From assembly GCA_965140585.1 (NCBI GenBank), contig OZ223270.1, forward strand, positions 96,001 to 160,000: a DNA stretch of 64,000 bases. The letters run 5' to 3'. This document shows, piece by piece, positions 39,990-51,151 of the stretch (within the stretch, counting starts at the first letter, position 1; each line of letters opens with the position of its first letter). The notes beneath the pieces are model-generated. The model did no database searches and was not told the origin of the DNA. It saw nothing but the letters and a program-made list of their open reading frames with translations. The translations under genes were made by a program, and so were the position numbers. Origin of the DNA: Spirochaetia bacterium (GTDB taxonomy: Bacteria > Spirochaetota > Spirochaetia > UBA9216).

Positions 39990-41129
39990 CTATATAGTAA
40001 AGGTACAAATAACTTTATCTATTTTACATTTAGAATAAATCAACAACCTATCTTCAAGATATTTAATTCTTAGTAATTCAATAACTGAACAAACTGTAAA
40101 AACTATTACGATACTAAATACCGCCAACAAAGGGTAGAAATGGGAATTATACTGACTTATTACAGATAAAATTTTATTCCAAATTAATGCTCGTAATATT
40201 TCTGAATCATGTATTAAATATACGCCAAACGTAGTGGCTGAGAACAAATTTATTACTCTATTATTTTCAATCTGAATGCTTTTAAAAATTAAAAATATAG
40301 AAACAGCTATAATTGGCTTAAACACACTCTCAGCTACTAAATTTGTCAGCTCATGAATCACACTCCATGTTGCATTAAACTCTGTAAATCTTACATTAAA
40401 AAATAACTGTAAACCTAAACAAATCCAGAGAATAAGACTTACAACAAATGGTACCATTGTTGACTTTAGGTCACGTCCATAATAACGTAAATACCCCCCT
40501 AAAGAGTAGTAAAAAACTGCTTTTTGTAAAATAAAAAATGAAGTATTAAGCTTAGCCGCAAAAGTATACCAAAAAACCCAAAGAACTAAAATTATAAAAA
40601 TAAATCCTTTCCTATTCAGTCTACATAATAATGTGTTTAATAAAGGTGTTATTAAATACAATGTAAAATAAGCAGTAACAAACCACCAGGAACCGCCTAA
40701 TACAGGCATTGTACTACGAAGAATATATCGGGCGGTAAATCCTGAAACCAGCCCATTATCACCTAAATATTCAGGATAATTATATATTTTTAAAATATAT
40801 GTAAGAAAGAATATTACTAAGGAAAACACTGAGTAATATAAAACCTGTAACAGCATTCTTAATATTTTGATTGATTTTACATTACTTTTTATTTGGAAGT
40901 ACCCAGTAAGAATAAAAAAGATTGCTACACCGATCTCACCTCCTGGAATCAGAAATGATGTGAATAACACTTTAAAATCAGAACCTTCAAGCCATAATCC
41001 ACAAGTGGGCATCCCACCCCAATGAGATTGTTTAATCCCATGAACAGCATAATGACAAGCTACTATACACAACATTGAAAAGATTCTTAACAATTCAAGA
41101 TTTGAGTTACGTTTAAAACTGTTACTCAT
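39990..41129 (-). CDS. Acyltransferase-3 family membrane O-acyltransferase
   Basis: RNSNLELLRI..M..IV..H, V.IFFILTGYF, WWFVTAY, FGVYLIH. Confidence 0.88.
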   Translation of the reverse strand: MSNSFKRNSNLELLRIFSMLCIVACHYAVHGIKQSHWGGMPTCGLWLEGSDFKVLFTSFLIPGGEIGVAIFFILTGYFQIKSNVKSIKILRMLLQVLYYSVFSLVIFFLTYILKIYNYPEYLGDNGLVSGFTARYILRSTMPVLGGSWWFVTAYFTLYLITPLLNTLLCRLNRKGFIFIILVLWVFWYTFAAKLNTSFFILQKAVFYYSLGGYLRYYGRDLKSTMVPFVVSLILWICLGLQLFFNVRFTEFNATWSVIHELTNLVAESVFKPIIAVSIFLIFKSIQIENNRVINLFSATTFGVYLIHDSEILRALIWNKILSVISQYNSHFYPLLAVFSIVIVFTVCSVIELLRIKYLEDRLLIYSKCKIDKVICTFTI

Positions 41130-41151
41130 ACAGATTACCTACTTGTTTATT

Positions 41152-43956
41152 CTATTTAACTAATACTTTCTTTTTTCGGTTTTTATATTTATAAACAAAA
41201 CGTCCAGAAACTTCCATAAAAACGGTCCATAATCGATAAGAAACCACCCCACTAATCAACCCAATCAATACCTGAACGGGCCAAATTGACGGCATTCCTA
41301 AATTTGATAATTCTGAGAGTACAAAAGAATGAACGATGTAAATAAACAATGAAGCAGAAGCTATCTCGAGGATGATTGTTTTTAGATTCTTAGGAAACCG
41401 GATTCTGTCTATCCATATAATCAATAACATGACAAGATAAAACGATATAGGCAAGTAACGATATGTCACCAATCCGGGAATATCCAATCTTGTTAATACA
41501 AACGGAATAAATAGACTAACTGTTAGAAAAATCCGCTCCTTCGTACATGTGGTGCTAGAGATCGCTACACCAAATGCAATTGGCCAAAGCCAGGGAAATG
41601 GTCCGATACTTTCACTTCCAAGACTGCCATTCCAAAATCCAGTTAAGCTCTGTAATACTCCAAGGACAATAGCCCCTAGAGATACTGTCATATCTAGCTT
41701 GAATTGACTATCTTGGTTAGGAACTCTCTGTGTTTTACCTTTTTTCCAGGAATATAGTACAATCAAAGTAACGACGGAAAGGATTAATATATTCGCTGTC
41801 AAAATATCAAGAAACCAATACCCCCAACGGCCATTTCCTGGTTTTTGAAACATTGTGTTAAGAAGAAAAAAGTCAGGTAGCCAAAAACGATGATTTTGAA
41901 TAGAGCATAATGCATTCCATAAAAATACAGGAAATCCATAGCTAAAAATAAATCTAAAAATTCCGTTAAGATTTCCTTTCTGGTAAATTGTAGGACGTAA
42001 AAACTTCCCAAAACTGAGCCCTGATAATACAAATAGAACCGAGGCATCTGGCAGATGATTAAAACCTAAATGACCCATTATAACAAATGTGATAGCAATA
42101 GCACGAAACAAGCTTGTCATATCAATATAAGTCCAGACTTTTGATTTTTGTTTAGTCTTTTTTTTACCGAGCAACACATTAAGGGGCATTATTTCCCACC
42201 TATCCGGCAAATAGCCTATATGTTTTTCAATGAATAATGAAACCCTAATGTACGATAATGAATCACCTCCTAAAGCAACAAACGATGACTCTATAGTATC
42301 TATATGCCTGCCTAATACTGATTCTATCTTTTTTATAATGACTATATCTGATGGATCAATATCCTCAAGGCGATATAAATCTTCAGAAGGCTTACTACAA
42401 CTTGAATCAATATCCATTAAGGCTAGAGCCTTACGATCCGTTTTGCCATTTAATGTAAGAGGATATTCATCCACCTGCATAAAGAGATTTGGAATCATAT
42501 AAGTAGGCAAGATATTAGATAAGTCTTTCTTTATCGCTTCAACATTTATATCTCTACCATCTTTAGCAATAATATATGCAGCAAGCTGCTTGTTACATTT
42601 GGAGAGCTCCTTAGCCACAACCACAGCGTTATGAATTGAAGGATTATTCATTAATGCATATTCAATATCTCCTAGCTCAATCCTATAGCCCCTTATCTTG
42701 ACTTGAAAATCAGATCTTCCAATATACTCAATATTTCCATCTTCATGATAACGGCAAACATCTCCGGTTTTATACAACCGGTCGGTATCAAGCCCCCATT
42801 CAGAAGGACATGTTAGAAACCTTTCAGAGGTTAACTCATCCCTGTTTAAGTATCCTAAAGACAGCCCGATACCGCCGATATATAATTCACCTGTCTCGCC
42901 AATAGTTACCGGATTAAGCTGATCATCAAGTATTATCATTACTGTATTATCTATTGGCTTCCCAATAAGAGGTTGCTGGTTACACCCTCTCAACCTGAAA
43001 GCTGAAGACCATACTGTTGTTTCTGTAGGACCATAAAAGTTCCAGACTTCATCACAATTTTCAGTAAGTTTATTAGCAATATCAGCTGACACGGCTTCTC
43101 CACCGCATACAATTTTTTTCAAAGAAGAATTTTTCCAACCATAGTCAAAAAACATTTGGAAAGATGTAGAGGTAGCCTGCATCATAGTAACCGAATTCTT
43201 ATCAATATATTCGATAAGCCGCCCGATATCTCTGGCCATTTTGGTAGTCGCCAATACTATTGTGGCTCCAACGATAAAAGATAGATAAAGTTCAGGAACA
43301 GACATATCAAATGAGATAGTTGCAAGAGCAAGGAATTTATCGTCTTCAGTAATTCCAGGCTTCTTCTTCATTGATAATAAAAGGTTTAGAAGAGCTCTGT
43401 GTTGAATCTGAACGCCTTTTGGGGTCCCGGTTGATCCTGAAGTGTATATTATATAAGCTAAAAAATCACCCTCGATCTTTATTGCAGGCGGTAAAGCCTC
43501 TTCTTTATCTATTTGCGCCTTCTCATCTTCGATAACCATAACATCTACATCAGCATTATCGAAAAGTTTTTCAACTAATGCTTTTTGAGATATTATAGAA
43601 GCAAGTCCAGAGTCATCAACCATATAAGAAAGTCTGGATTTTGGAAAATGAGGATCCATAGGAATATAACACGCACCTGTTTTTAAAATACCTAGCAGAA
43701 CAGGTAACAGATCAATATTTCTTTCCAAGCATACACCAACAATAGTTCCATTTTTAATATCTTTTTTAATAAAGTAGTTTGCATATTTGTTGGAAAGAAT
43801 ATCAAGTTCTCTATATGAAATTTTATGGTCTTCAAAGATTACTGCAGTATTATTATTTTCTTTACTTACATCTTTAAAAATTTCAAGGAAATTTGAGTGC
43901 TTCCCTAAATCCACAGTAGTATTATTTATTTCTTTTATTATGCTCTCCAGCATCAC
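41152..43956 (-). CDS. Adenylation domain + carrier domain + acyltransferase-3-like membrane domain fusion
   Basis: YTSGSTGTPKG, YGPTE, NGKTDR; LGGDSLSY; FRAIAI.FVIMGH, LFVLSG, YWFL, SLFIYIVH with many TM segments. Confidence 0.85.
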   Translation of the reverse strand: MMLESIIKEINNTTVDLGKHSNFLEIFKDVSKENNNTAVIFEDHKISYRELDILSNKYANYFIKKDIKNGTIVGVCLERNIDLLPVLLGILKTGACYIPMDPHFPKSRLSYMVDDSGLASIISQKALVEKLFDNADVDVMVIEDEKAQIDKEEALPPAIKIEGDFLAYIIYTSGSTGTPKGVQIQHRALLNLLLSMKKKPGITEDDKFLALATISFDMSVPELYLSFIVGATIVLATTKMARDIGRLIEYIDKNSVTMMQATSTSFQMFFDYGWKNSSLKKIVCGGEAVSADIANKLTENCDEVWNFYGPTETTVWSSAFRLRGCNQQPLIGKPIDNTVMIILDDQLNPVTIGETGELYIGGIGLSLGYLNRDELTSERFLTCPSEWGLDTDRLYKTGDVCRYHEDGNIEYIGRSDFQVKIRGYRIELGDIEYALMNNPSIHNAVVVAKELSKCNKQLAAYIIAKDGRDINVEAIKKDLSNILPTYMIPNLFMQVDEYPLTLNGKTDRKALALMDIDSSCSKPSEDLYRLEDIDPSDIVIIKKIESVLGRHIDTIESSFVALGGDSLSYIRVSLFIEKHIGYLPDRWEIMPLNVLLGKKKTKQKSKVWTYIDMTSLFRAIAITFVIMGHLGFNHLPDASVLFVLSGLSFGKFLRPTIYQKGNLNGIFRFIFSYGFPVFLWNALCSIQNHRFWLPDFFLLNTMFQKPGNGRWGYWFLDILTANILILSVVTLIVLYSWKKGKTQRVPNQDSQFKLDMTVSLGAIVLGVLQSLTGFWNGSLGSESIGPFPWLWPIAFGVAISSTTCTKERIFLTVSLFIPFVLTRLDIPGLVTYRYLPISFYLVMLLIIWIDRIRFPKNLKTIILEIASASLFIYIVHSFVLSELSNLGMPSIWPVQVLIGLISGVVSYRLWTVFMEVSGRFVYKYKNRKKKVLVK

Positions 43957-44012
43957 ACCTTCTTCATTTGTTAACTAAATTCATTACGATTAATGAAAAT
44001 AGTATTAAAATT

Positions 44013-45221
44013 TTACTCGTTAAAAAGCATTTCTAGAACAGCTCCTTCCTTAACTGTATCATGCTTCAACATTGTCAATTCTCTACCTTTATTTGCCATA
44101 GTCTCCAGCTCATCCAAAGGGGCTTCGAGGGCTTCAAGCATAGCATCTACAAGCTTCTCACTGTTTCCGGAAGGAACTAACCATCCATTTTCTTTGTGCA
44201 CAACCAGCTCGGGAATGCCAGCTATGTATGTTGAAATTACTGGTCGTCCGACAGCAAAAGACTCCATGATAACCATTGGAAGCCCTTCTGCAAAACTAGG
44301 CAAGACCATTGCCCTGCTTTCTATAAGAAATTCTTTTACTTTATCTTCAGATACATACCCTGAGATCTCTACATTATCTGCTATATTAAAAGCCTTTATC
44401 TTTCTCTCAATAGTCGATCGTAATTCTCCATCTCCAACAAAAATCAACTTTGCATCAGGAGCTTTAGCTAACAGTTCATGAAAAGCATCTAACAACACCA
44501 ACTGCCCCTTCTGCGGAGCTAAACGACCAATACAGACAAATGTCTTGCTGTCTACCATAGGTTCTTTCCTTGAAAAAAAGTCTTCGCCTACAGTACACCC
44601 CACAGTATGAATCTTATGCCAGTCTTCCAGCCTGCACCACCTTTTTAGTTGAGCTGAACAAAAATCTGTTATTGCAACAGTAAATTTAGAATCCTCAATC
44701 TTACCAGACAAGTCATATCCTAAAGGAGAATCAAACTCATCAGGCCCATGAACTGTAAAACTATAGCTGGGCCCGCCAAGATGCCTTATAATTCTGGTAA
44801 TAGCAGCAGTGTTTCTTCCAAAGTGCGAATGAATATGTTTAACCTGTTTTTGTTCAGCATGGTTAAGAAAAGCTACAGCTTCTAACAAGTAAACAAAATG
44901 CCTCAGTAAAGACTTCTCACTGTATTTATGCATCGACAGAATAAGTCGTATTGATTTAGAGAATTTGGATGGCCTTACCAATAACCAGATAATTGAAGAA
45001 AAAATCTTTCTAAAGATTGAATCTTTGAAGAAATAGAACGTTTTTTCTTCTTCTTTAAAGTCAATATCATTTACCAATGGCGCATCAGATCTCCTCAATG
45101 CCATTCGTACAACTTCATGTCCTCGTCTTTCTATTTCCAATAACTCTCTTCGTATAAAAGTATGACTGACGGATGGATATTTAGTTGTTAAATATGCAAT
45201 CTTTACACGTTCCCCTAACAT
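44013..45221 (-). CDS. GT4 glycosyltransferase
   Basis: YPSVSHTFIRRE, FTVHGPDEFD, GRL..KG, PSFAEGLPMVIME. Confidence 0.93.
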   Translation of the reverse strand: MLGERVKIAYLTTKYPSVSHTFIRRELLEIERRGHEVVRMALRRSDAPLVNDIDFKEEEKTFYFFKDSIFRKIFSSIIWLLVRPSKFSKSIRLILSMHKYSEKSLLRHFVYLLEAVAFLNHAEQKQVKHIHSHFGRNTAAITRIIRHLGGPSYSFTVHGPDEFDSPLGYDLSGKIEDSKFTVAITDFCSAQLKRWCRLEDWHKIHTVGCTVGEDFFSRKEPMVDSKTFVCIGRLAPQKGQLVLLDAFHELLAKAPDAKLIFVGDGELRSTIERKIKAFNIADNVEISGYVSEDKVKEFLIESRAMVLPSFAEGLPMVIMESFAVGRPVISTYIAGIPELVVHKENGWLVPSGNSEKLVDAMLEALEAPLDELETMANKGRELTMLKHDTVKEGAVLEMLFNE

Positions 45222-45282
45222 TTCTACTCCTCATTAAAACAACTAAGATTTTTATACTGACGGGTTTAATAATTTCAGTGAA

Positions 45283-46269
45283 CTATTTATGCTCTATGAT
45301 TTTATATTTTTTACCTAAAACTCGTCTCCATAATAGCAAAACGATACCAAAGGTTTGAGGTACTGGTGTTAGAATACTAAATGATGAATAAATAAGAGAC
45401 GAGCGTATATTTTTTATTTCTTTCTTTTTTCTTAAGAATATTCTGATGAATCTATAAATATAAATCAGATATAAGGTGAAAAACCATAATGATCCCAAAA
45501 GACCTAAGATAAAAACTGAAATTGGAAAAAAGACTCCCCAGACAAGAGCCCGAACGACCTGCGGAAAATAATAACCTTTACCGTCTTTATAATGCGTAAG
45601 AAAACCCTGGGCATAAGCGTGACCTGCCCTAATGCTTCTTCTCCACCACTGACTGAATTTTTTCATGGCTGCATCATGGTATGTCATATCATGATCATAC
45701 CTATAAATTTTCCAATCTAACTTCCTTAATCTGTAACATAAATCAGGCTCTTCACCAGCAATAATAAACGGATTAAACCCATCTACCTCTTTAAAACTCT
45801 TTACCTTGACAAGAAAATCTCCACCACATGCTTCTGTTTCACCGATTGGAGTATTCCATTCAATATCACAAAGAAGATTATATACCGAGGCCATTGGAAA
45901 TTGCTCTTTTCTCTGTCCGGCAACAATAGCATATTCTGTGTTATCATCTAAGAACTTCATAGCAATATTTAGCCATTCGGGATTCAGGAGACAATCCCCG
46001 TCTATAAATTGTACATATTCCAGATTTTCATTTTTCTCAATGAGAGAAAAGAAGCCCGCATTCCTGGCTCGCGCAGCGCTAAAAGGGATACTCATATCAA
46101 GTTCTATATAATCAATATCTTTACTCTTACAAAAGCCTAAGCTATCATCTGTAGATCCAGAATCAACATATACAATTTTATTTGAATGATCTAAAATACT
46201 GATAATACAACTCTTTAATCTTTCACCTTCATTTCTTCCAATTACAACTATTCCTAAATTATTAAGCAT
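45283..46269 (-). CDS. GT2 glycosyltransferase
   Basis: IGRNEG, VDSGSTD, AARARNAG, FIDGDC, AGEEPDLC, QWWRR. Confidence 0.93.
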   Translation of the reverse strand: MLNNLGIVVIGRNEGERLKSCIISILDHSNKIVYVDSGSTDDSLGFCKSKDIDYIELDMSIPFSAARARNAGFFSLIEKNENLEYVQFIDGDCLLNPEWLNIAMKFLDDNTEYAIVAGQRKEQFPMASVYNLLCDIEWNTPIGETEACGGDFLVKVKSFKEVDGFNPFIIAGEEPDLCYRLRKLDWKIYRYDHDMTYHDAAMKKFSQWWRRSIRAGHAYAQGFLTHYKDGKGYYFPQVVRALVWGVFFPISVFILGLLGSLWFFTLYLIYIYRFIRIFLRKKKEIKNIRSSLIYSSFSILTPVPQTFGIVLLLWRRVLGKKYKIIEHK

Positions 46270-46294
46270 GCTTGTTCTTCGTCAGCTCCTTTTT

Positions 46295-47641
46295 TCAGGG
46301 ATTCCGGGATACGTTGACATAATATTGCGAGACTAAAGCCCCAGCACAAAAAACATAGACTGGATTAAACATTGAATTCATTAGTGAATCTATCATAAAA
46401 AAAGTAACTAATATGCATAGTAAAAAAAGATAAAGTCTTCGTTTTTCGGAATTAATATCTAAAGGGACTTCTTTATTTTTATAGTACTTCAGAATAAAAT
46501 ATGCACCGCTCCCGAGAGTAAAAAAAACGCTAAACAACCCCGCAATGCCATAGGTGCTGAATATTCCAAGCCAAAGGGAGTCTAAAATAGAGAAAAGCTC
46601 TTTACCAGTAACCGGATCAACAGGATATGCCCGCCGATAGCCAGCCCATCCGAACCAAAATCGTTGAAGAGTTTTTTCAGCAAATAAATCCTCCTGCCAC
46701 ATCCTAAAGAGTAATGAGGCAACTCTATTAGAGTCAAATATAATGCTAAAAAGCTGTCCAAACCTTCTGACAGGTATAATATTAAATATTCTAGTAATAA
46801 AATAAATAGGGATACCGCTCATTATTACACGAAGCCATTTAATAGCATTGTGACTATTTCGTTTGTATATATAAATTAAGAATAAACCTAAAGTCAAGAA
46901 AATCCAACCATTGGCTGATTTACATAAAATTGTTAGTACAATAAAGAGTACAGATAGAAATGACAACTTTAGCTTACCTAACTTTTGAATATACCCCATT
47001 TTCCAGTTACTGTATGAAAAGATAGTTACCATAGTCATCCAAAATGAAACCATTAACCCATGCTGCATAAAAACTATAGGTCTCCATCCTCCATAGCGCA
47101 TATGCTGAATCAATTTATGCTGAAGCCAGCCATATAATAACTCATGAAAAAAAGGCCCCTTTGATAATTCAACAATAATAAAAGGAATATATATCACTCC
47201 TCCTATAATAACACCTCGTACAAGTCTGAACAGGGATTCATCATCATTAATAAACTTACGGCCTGCCCAATATAGAGCTCCCCATGTAAGCAGATTACTC
47301 AAACTTTCTGAGACACCGCCATATAAACTCAAGCCATTTGAAAGTGCGGTTATAACAGGAAGGAGTGAGCACCATAGCAACATCGGGATGTCTACCGGTC
47401 TAAACTTATCAATAATTTTGGTATTTGGACTAATCTTTACACTTCCAATAAATAAAGAAACGCCGATTGCAATATTTTTGTTATACTGAGGAAATCCAGG
47501 CAGATCCAAATAAGCCATTGGTAAAAATAAAACACCGCCGATCAGTACAATCAATACAGCCTTTGTAGCATCAACGACTCTAAAAAGAATTACAGAGAAT
47601 AGTATCCACCCATATATCATTACAGTTGCCAAGACTGTCAT
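46295..47641 (-). CDS. wzy: Wzy polymerase / O-antigen ligase-family membrane protein
   Basis: Multi-TM; RYGGWRPIVFMQH, CKS.NG, FGW.G..R, DSLW; adjacent to the flippase. Confidence 0.75.
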   Translation of the reverse strand: MTVLATVMIYGWILFSVILFRVVDATKAVLIVLIGGVLFLPMAYLDLPGFPQYNKNIAIGVSLFIGSVKISPNTKIIDKFRPVDIPMLLWCSLLPVITALSNGLSLYGGVSESLSNLLTWGALYWAGRKFINDDESLFRLVRGVIIGGVIYIPFIIVELSKGPFFHELLYGWLQHKLIQHMRYGGWRPIVFMQHGLMVSFWMTMVTIFSYSNWKMGYIQKLGKLKLSFLSVLFIVLTILCKSANGWIFLTLGLFLIYIYKRNSHNAIKWLRVIMSGIPIYFITRIFNIIPVRRFGQLFSIIFDSNRVASLLFRMWQEDLFAEKTLQRFWFGWAGYRRAYPVDPVTGKELFSILDSLWLGIFSTYGIAGLFSVFFTLGSGAYFILKYYKNKEVPLDINSEKRRLYLFLLCILVTFFMIDSLMNSMFNPVYVFCAGALVSQYYVNVSRNP

Positions 47642-47675
47642 ATATTTTAATTTCCCCGCCTTAAGATTGCTAAGT

Positions 47676-49031
47676 TCAGATCAACCCTCCTGGGAAACCT
47701 AAATTAAAAACCATTCTTAGAGACAAAAATATCGCAATCAAAAGAAATAGAAAAAGTGTCGCGACCAAGTCCTGTTTAATTAAAGAAAATTTCTCCCGAA
47801 CTAAAGCAATGTTAATAACTATATAAACAGCAATATCATTAAAAACTATACCCAGTATAGTTCCAATATCGCCAAATAAATGAAACAATAATGGTACAAT
47901 TGAAATCATATATAAAAATTTTAGCAAATTTCCCAATGTCAAATATTGTGGTTTTCCAATCGACATTAGAACACGGTCTATAGTAACAATCAAAATTAAT
48001 GGCCACATTCCTACAGCAAGAAGTGGCAAAATCCATGCCGCTGCTGCATACCTGTCGTCATAAAGAAATAAAATTATGAAATCACCAAAACAGCTGAAGA
48101 TTGATACAAAAACAGCCATAGCAAGTAAAATTAGTCTTCTTGGTTTTGCAATTTTTGCTCTTAAATCATCTGCAGGCAGATGATTAAACTTGGAAATAAG
48201 TGGGTAGATGACCGTATTGCTCAATTTTTCCAATACCTTTTTTGGCAATTCGGAAAAGTTTAATGCAATATTATAGACCCCAAACATGGTAATAGAGAAA
48301 AGTTTACCTAGTAATAATCTGTCAGACTGTGCTGCTAAAAACATAACAGCTGTAGACATCCAAATCCACATCCCAAAATGAAGCAGTTCGGAAAGGGAGG
48401 TTTTTTCCAGCCTGAATCTATTCTTTATTCCCTCGTTTATCTTATGACTCCATAAAGTTTTTACTATTTCAGAAACCAATCCACGAATTATCAGAGACCA
48501 AACACTCCCGGTAAGATACGCAACTATTACCATTATTATCAAACTAACTAATTGAACACCTAATTCCAGTATTACGAGTTTTTTTTGATTTAACTCTTTA
48601 TTCAATAAAAACAATGATGTGGAAGAAAACCCACTAACCAAAGAGTTAATTGCAATAACGGGTAACAATTGCAGTAAAATGGGCTGTTCATAAACTCTGG
48701 AAACAGGATATGCACAAATCACCAATGCAATAGCAAGGATAACACCTCTCAAAACTTGCAAAGTCCAGGCAGTATTTATAAAATCTTCTTCATGTACTCT
48801 ATCACTTCGAATAACACAAGGGCCAAGCCCTATATCTGAAAACAAGGCGAGTCCAAGCTGAAAAACTGTACCAATGGCTACAATACCGAATAATTCCGGT
48901 GCCAGCAACCTTGTTAATACGACATTTCCAAGAAGACGTAGAAATTGAGAAGACCCGAACCCAAAAACTATAAAAAGTGAAGATTCTATCGCTTTTTTCT
49001 TTAATATTTTATCAGATTCATCATTAACCAA
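47676..49031 (-). CDS. wzx: Oligosaccharide flippase
   Basis: LTRLLAPELFG, SDIGL, NTAWT, DRLLLGK, GVYNIA. Confidence 0.9.
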   Translation of the reverse strand: MVNDESDKILKKKAIESSLFIVFGFGSSQFLRLLGNVVLTRLLAPELFGIVAIGTVFQLGLALFSDIGLGPCVIRSDRVHEEDFINTAWTLQVLRGVILAIALVICAYPVSRVYEQPILLQLLPVIAINSLVSGFSSTSLFLLNKELNQKKLVILELGVQLVSLIIMVIVAYLTGSVWSLIIRGLVSEIVKTLWSHKINEGIKNRFRLEKTSLSELLHFGMWIWMSTAVMFLAAQSDRLLLGKLFSITMFGVYNIALNFSELPKKVLEKLSNTVIYPLISKFNHLPADDLRAKIAKPRRLILLAMAVFVSIFSCFGDFIILFLYDDRYAAAAWILPLLAVGMWPLILIVTIDRVLMSIGKPQYLTLGNLLKFLYMISIVPLLFHLFGDIGTILGIVFNDIAVYIVINIALVREKFSLIKQDLVATLFLFLLIAIFLSLRMVFNLGFPGGLI

Positions 49032-49386
49032 AAATTTTTTCCTTTGCTAATATCAGTCATTGAGTATCAGGCTGAAATATTATTCACAAATAAACTACAT
49101 CAATTATAAAATTAAGAGGAATCACTCCTATGCCCTCCTTTAAAGGTAAACAGATAGACCATTTTAATTTTTGATAAGTTAACCCGATATTATAATACAT
49201 TCAAGAACGTATCATAGCCTTCTTACATCTATCAAAAATAAATAATTATACACTGTTCAAAAAACGTTGGCTCAGTGTTTGATTCACTTAAACTATATTA
49301 TCATTTTTATTGTGGTATTTATAAAAAAAGGTAATTCTTATTTTTATCCACTTGCGCTTCTATTGACTATTTATATTTAAATACTT

Positions 49387-49857
49387 TTAGTTCCTAATAA
49401 ATTCACTGATATAACTAAGAAGACTTTCAGACGCAAAATCGCCTATATATCCTGGATATGCTATAATATTATCATCAAGCTGACTTTTAAGCTCATCCGA
49501 GGAAAAGGCAACTTTAATATAACCCTTTAAAAAAAAACTTTTTGCTGTTGCCAATTGATGATCATTCCTGTGCTCATCATATGCAACCTCTCTGGGCATA
49601 ACTAAAATTGGTTTTTTCTTCTGCAAAGCAGAAATTATAGTACCCATTCCTGCATGCGACACAATTAAATCAGTCCTATTAAACAACTCTCGCATTTCTT
49701 GAGGATCAAAAAAAGATTTATATTTCATATTCATTGGCTTGTATTTGGAATTTCCAATCTGTGCGATGATTTCAAGCTCCTGACTTTCTCCCCATTCATC
49801 TACAGCTTTAACTAATCGATCAAAAGGAAGCTGAGTCCCTACCGTTAAAAATATCAT
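49387..49857 (-). CDS. PssE/Cps14G-like GT (GT28 C-terminal/Alg13-like subunit)
   Basis: IFLTVGTQLPFDRL, SHAGMGT, EHRNDHQ. Confidence 0.9.
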   Translation of the reverse strand: MIFLTVGTQLPFDRLVKAVDEWGESQELEIIAQIGNSKYKPMNMKYKSFFDPQEMRELFNRTDLIVSHAGMGTIISALQKKKPILVMPREVAYDEHRNDHQLATAKSFFLKGYIKVAFSSDELKSQLDDNIIAYPGYIGDFASESLLSYISEFIRN

Positions 49858-50300
49858 ATGACAGCCCCATAATATAATACCTTTTCACCATCTGATAGAA
49901 TTTCCCATTGAGTTAGAACCTTATCAGCTAAATGTACCGCTATTTTACCAGAGATCGATAAGGTTTCTGCATTTGCGATACTGTCAACCCACAACGTCTT
50001 TGCTCCAAAAATCTTTCCCCATAAGATACAAATAATACCTGGTGCAGCACCTGTTGAAACAACTATATCCGGCCTAACTTTTTTTACAATCTTAAAAGCA
50101 TCTATAAATGTTTTTACTAACTTTAGTTTAGTATTAAAATTCGAATCCGTTATCAAGAAAAATGGCCCACTAATTTCATCAGCCATTTTTAAACTTGTTG
50201 AGCACCAACTAACCTTTGTGTCCTCAAAAGACGGGAGAAGGCGCAATAACTGAATCCAGTGCCCACCACCAGAACTAATTGCTAAAAGTTTCTTTTTCAA
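49854..50300 (-). CDS. PssD/Cps14F-like (Alg14-like) GT subunit
   Basis: SSGGGHW, STGAAPG, WVDSIAN, TQW. Confidence 0.9.
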   Translation of the reverse strand: MKKKLLAISSGGGHWIQLLRLLPSFEDTKVSWCSTSLKMADEISGPFFLITDSNFNTKLKLVKTFIDAFKIVKKVRPDIVVSTGAAPGIICILWGKIFGAKTLWVDSIANAETLSISGKIAVHLADKVLTQWEILSDGEKVLYYGAVI

Positions 50301-51151
50301 AGATCTTTTTCCTTATTATGTCGTACAGACTCATCACGTGCCCAACCAGAAAAATCTTGCTTTTTATATTTTTTAGCTGCCACTGTCTTCATTATAATTT
50401 TTAAAACAAAATACATAAAAACTGAAATAGTTTTGGTCGGCACAAAAAGTATTTTTAAAAAATATCTAGAATTATTGATATTTTCATTTTCCAGCAACTC
50501 TGGATATTTCTGAGATAATTCCATATTCCCCAGATGGGATCTTACTTTAATTTTTATTAATCCTTTTAGGTCATATGGTGCAGTAACAAGAAAAGTTTTT
50601 TCGGTATTTATATATTTCTCACAACTCTTAAAAAGCAGCCTAATGTAACCATCATCCGATATTACATTAGGAAATTCAGAAAAAACCGCTCGCCCCTCCT
50701 CTGTCAAACCATATAACCCTGATCCAATCATAGAATCACGACAATATGGAGTTGATAGCCATATTTTGTAGTAATTTTTGATTAGATATTTGCGACTCTC
50801 ATAATCGATCTGGAGTTTAGGAGCACCCGCTTTAAATCCATACCTCACCATCTTTTCAGCAGTATCCGCCAAAGCAGAACCATCAACTATAATGTCAGCA
50901 TCTAAATAAAATCTAGGAAAATATTTGGCTTCTCGATCTCCTATATTGAGTGCATTTATTTTCGAGGGAATATTTGTTTCAATAACTGTAACCTCAGAAT
51001 AAGCTCTACACACTTCAGCAGTTGCATCCTTACAGCCATTACAAACCACAATAACCTGAATGCCTTCCAAAGTCCCGTTTATATGCAGTCTATCGATACA
51101 ATTTCCTATTAAGGCTTCTTCATTATGTGCTGGAATAATTATAGAAATCAT
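50297..51151 (-). CDS. GT2 glycosyltransferase
   Basis: IIPAHNEE, NGCKDAT, YLDADI, DDGY. Confidence 0.92.
   Translation of the reverse strand: MISIIIPAHNEEALIGNCIDRLHINGTLEGIQVIVVCNGCKDATAEVCRAYSEVTVIETNIPSKINALNIGDREAKYFPRFYLDADIIVDGSALADTAEKMVRYGFKAGAPKLQIDYESRKYLIKNYYKIWLSTPYCRDSMIGSGLYGLTEEGRAVFSEFPNVISDDGYIRLLFKSCEKYINTEKTFLVTAPYDLKGLIKIKVRSHLGNMELSQKYPELLENENINNSRYFLKILFVPTKTISVFMYFVLKIIMKTVAAKKYKKQDFSGWARDESVRHNKEKDL

Noticed and set aside
49266-49284. Plus-strand TGGCTCAGTGTTTGAT as a fourth sigma-54 promoter
   Set aside because: The -12 GC is absent, it is antisense to the operon, and no enhancer motif was seen nearby
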